Assembly (NCBI RefSeq): GCF_964188315.1
Contig: NC_135660.1
Coordinates: 52,328,001 to 52,392,000, forward strand
Direction of reading: 5' to 3'
Source of the DNA: Podarcis muralis
Lineage: Eukaryota
DNA length: 64,000 nt
This document shows positions 61,544-64,000 of the stretch, piece after piece (position 1 is the stretch's first letter; every line of letters begins with the position of its first letter). The notes beneath the pieces were generated by a model. The model did not search any database. It worked only from the letters and a program-made list of their open reading frames with translations, and had not been told where the DNA came from. The translations under genes were made by a program, and so were the position numbers.

Positions 61544-64000
61544 ATTCTGTTGGGCATAGGAATGTTTGATTATGGACAAAACTTACTTACTTACCATGTT
61601 TTCCTCATCTTTCTTTGCCAATTAATGTCTATTTCAGGGAATCAAAATTATTCTCACTGAAAATGCACAGTATTCTTCTAAAACAAAGTCATGAATACTC
61701 AACAACAGATGAGAGAGATACAAAGTTTCTAGGTGCCCACAGTGCCAAGCATAATAAACCTATAATGTGGGTCCTCCCTGCATATAATAGCCTGGTTCAC
61801 ACATAATGCTAAACTATGATTTATGAAACTTTGGATTGTTCTGGGGTTTTTTTAAAACTATGGCTTAGCATCATGTATGAACTCAGTCTACCAGCTTGAC
61901 CATGCTTTATTAAAAGTTTGGTCATTAACCAAGGTTTGCAGTTGGTTTATAAACCTGTGTGTTTCAGATCTCTTCTTTAAATATGATTAAGGAGTCATCA
62001 CTAGCCTGAACCTACAGAGGAGTGAGCGAGGTTTGACAAAAAAAATGTAAACCATTTTCAAGGTTTGGTTTCTCTCACTGGTCCTTTTATTTATATCCTG
62101 CTTTTCCATGGTGAGCTGTGCCCAAACCTATGGCTCTCCATATGATGAAAAGATAACAACCATTCCCATCAGCCCCAGACAGCAGAACAAATTATCAAGG
62201 ATGATGGGAGTTGTTGGCATCCATCTGTGTGGCCCGAGTCCAGTTTAAAGAAAAAGAAATATGAGACCAGAGGAGGAAGGGCAAGAAGTTTTCTCCTCAC
62301 AATTAGCAACCTAACAGCAAAGTGGGCATGCACCCAGTGCTCACAGCCTTCCCCTTTACGGTGAAATGTATTTCAAAAAGCAATCCTTTCTAAATGTGCA
62401 CCTTTATGTACAAAGTAGCACATGTACATTTTGTGAAAATCTGTGGCCTCTTTCATCATGTCATGTTCTGGTCGAATGGAGGAGCCCACAGGGAAAGCAG
62501 CAAAAGCAGGTCCAGATGTTGCAGGACCACGGATAGCTCCTAGTGAGAGGCGAAGAGCAGACCAAGGCATTGTGAGCCTCTGTCTCTAGACTACCTTTCC
62601 CATAATCCTCCCCATTGTGCAGACTTCAGATTCCTAAAGGGCCACTCTCTGGCCTGAAGACACATCTCCTCCATTTCATAGACTCCTACCTGATTCATGC
62701 TAAGTGCCGCTGGAGAGGTGAAATACTGGGAAACGCTTTTGGTTCCTCCAATGAAGGAGTCTGTATGGGTGCTTGCTTTGGCCCTACTGGCTTCCTCTTG
62801 TCTTACAGCCTTGGCCATGGTGGTCTTCTGATCTCCAGCAGCAGGCTCAGAGCCCTGTACTTCGTCTGGCTCCTTAGCTGGTGCCTCTGCAGCCTCTGAC
62901 TCTGTTTCTAGATTGCTGCTGCCAGATTCAGGGGTCATGGCGCATCTATTTGTTTTAACTGTTTAATTTTTTTTAATTTTTTTTTTACATTGTGGTAACC
63001 CATCCTGCGACTTCTTGATGAAGAGCAGCTAAGAAATCTAATAATAGTTCTAATGCATTTAGTAGCAATAGTAGTAATGCATTTTGTCTTTCATGGTGAT
63101 GCCTAGGTGAGAATGGGATGCAAAAAAATTAGGAAGAAGCAGTATCACAACAGTGATGAACTAATAGTGTGGATGGGATGCAATGGATAGGGAGTGAGAG
63201 TGAATGGGAAGCAAAGTGTTTTTATGTGTGTTGTGCAAGTGGGAAATGGTTGCAGAAAGGCATTATAAACACAAGCTCACACATTTTTAAGGCTACAATT
63301 TTGATTTCAGTTGCACAGGATTGTTGCATTTGCATGGCATTTCCTTTGCATTGAAATGTACGGAGTTGAATAATGTTTGAACAATATAATTCACACAATT
63401 AATAACATGAATTGTGTAAGTTACATAATTTCATCACAGCAGACAGTGAGACAAAGAGTGCAGTTTTGGTGGAAGATGAACTGCAGCAGAAAGGAAACAG
63501 TGCTGCAGATTACAAATACAGAGCAGAATGGAAAATGTTGCTTTCTTAACACCCCTTCCTGCATCTGGGCTGACTGCTGGTTGGGCTACTCATGAGCAAG
63601 CAGCTTCTTTTCCACACTACTTATGGAGGAGGAAGTTCTAGTGAGTACAGTGAGGATATTGAAAGTGTCTACCTATAAGGGCCAACTCTAATGCCCAATC
63701 AATTATTATTAATTGCATTGCTATTCCCCCAAGACATCTAGGAGATGTAAAAAAACAAACAAACCTGCCCCCAACTTATCCTCACAGCAACCCTGCAAGG
63801 TAGGTTGGAATGAGAAATGGTGATGGGCCCAAAGTCACATGGTGGTTTAGTGGAAATTGGAACTTGAATCTCCTTGCTCCTAGTCCAAAACGCTAATCAT
63901 TATGATACAATGGCTTTCCCACTGACGATTCCATTGCACTCCATTGCATCTTGTGAAGATTCTCATTGGTTCTGAGCAGACCCACATGCTTTTTCTTATT

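Noticed and set aside
33520-64000. Neighbouring genes expected from human synteny (PRLHR on this side, RAB11FIP2 on the other)
   Set aside because: No GPCR-like or RAB11FIP2-like peptide appears in the ORF track or in the frames I inspected; they presumably lie outside the window.

Overview
Vertebrate genomic DNA, almost certainly from a squamate reptile. A lacertid-type lizard is likely, judged from the repeats: Sauria SINEs with (ACCTTT)n tails, Bov-B, L2, CR1, and hAT and Tc1/mariner MITEs. The window holds one complete protein-coding gene, FAM204A (C10orf84), on the minus strand. I rebuilt it by hand as 7 coding exons (30281-30018, 28831-28741, 25981-25945, 25559-25460, 23528-23439, 10139-10033, 9713-9662). 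All introns are GT-AG, the phases are consistent, and the CDS is 741 nt / 246 aa (MWSGLLPPGVNESD...[20 protein letters not shown]). A CpG-island promoter lies at about 32.7-33.5 kb, with one likely and one possible non-coding 5' exon. The rest is intron or gene-poor flank, with transposon remnants, microsatellites, six N-runs and several repeat-free blocks dense in homeodomain, PBX-HOX and MEIS motifs that look like conserved enhancers. I found no prokaryotic-type system, CRISPR array or rRNA/tRNA gene, and no convincing undescribed system. The best leads are regulatory: PBX-HOX/MEIS clusters, a strong-Kozak uORF inside a YY1 site, a repeat-derived 5'UTR exon and a possible poison exon. A decayed hAT transposase and one orphan ORF are also worth checking. 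Family names and human comparisons come from recall, not from searches.
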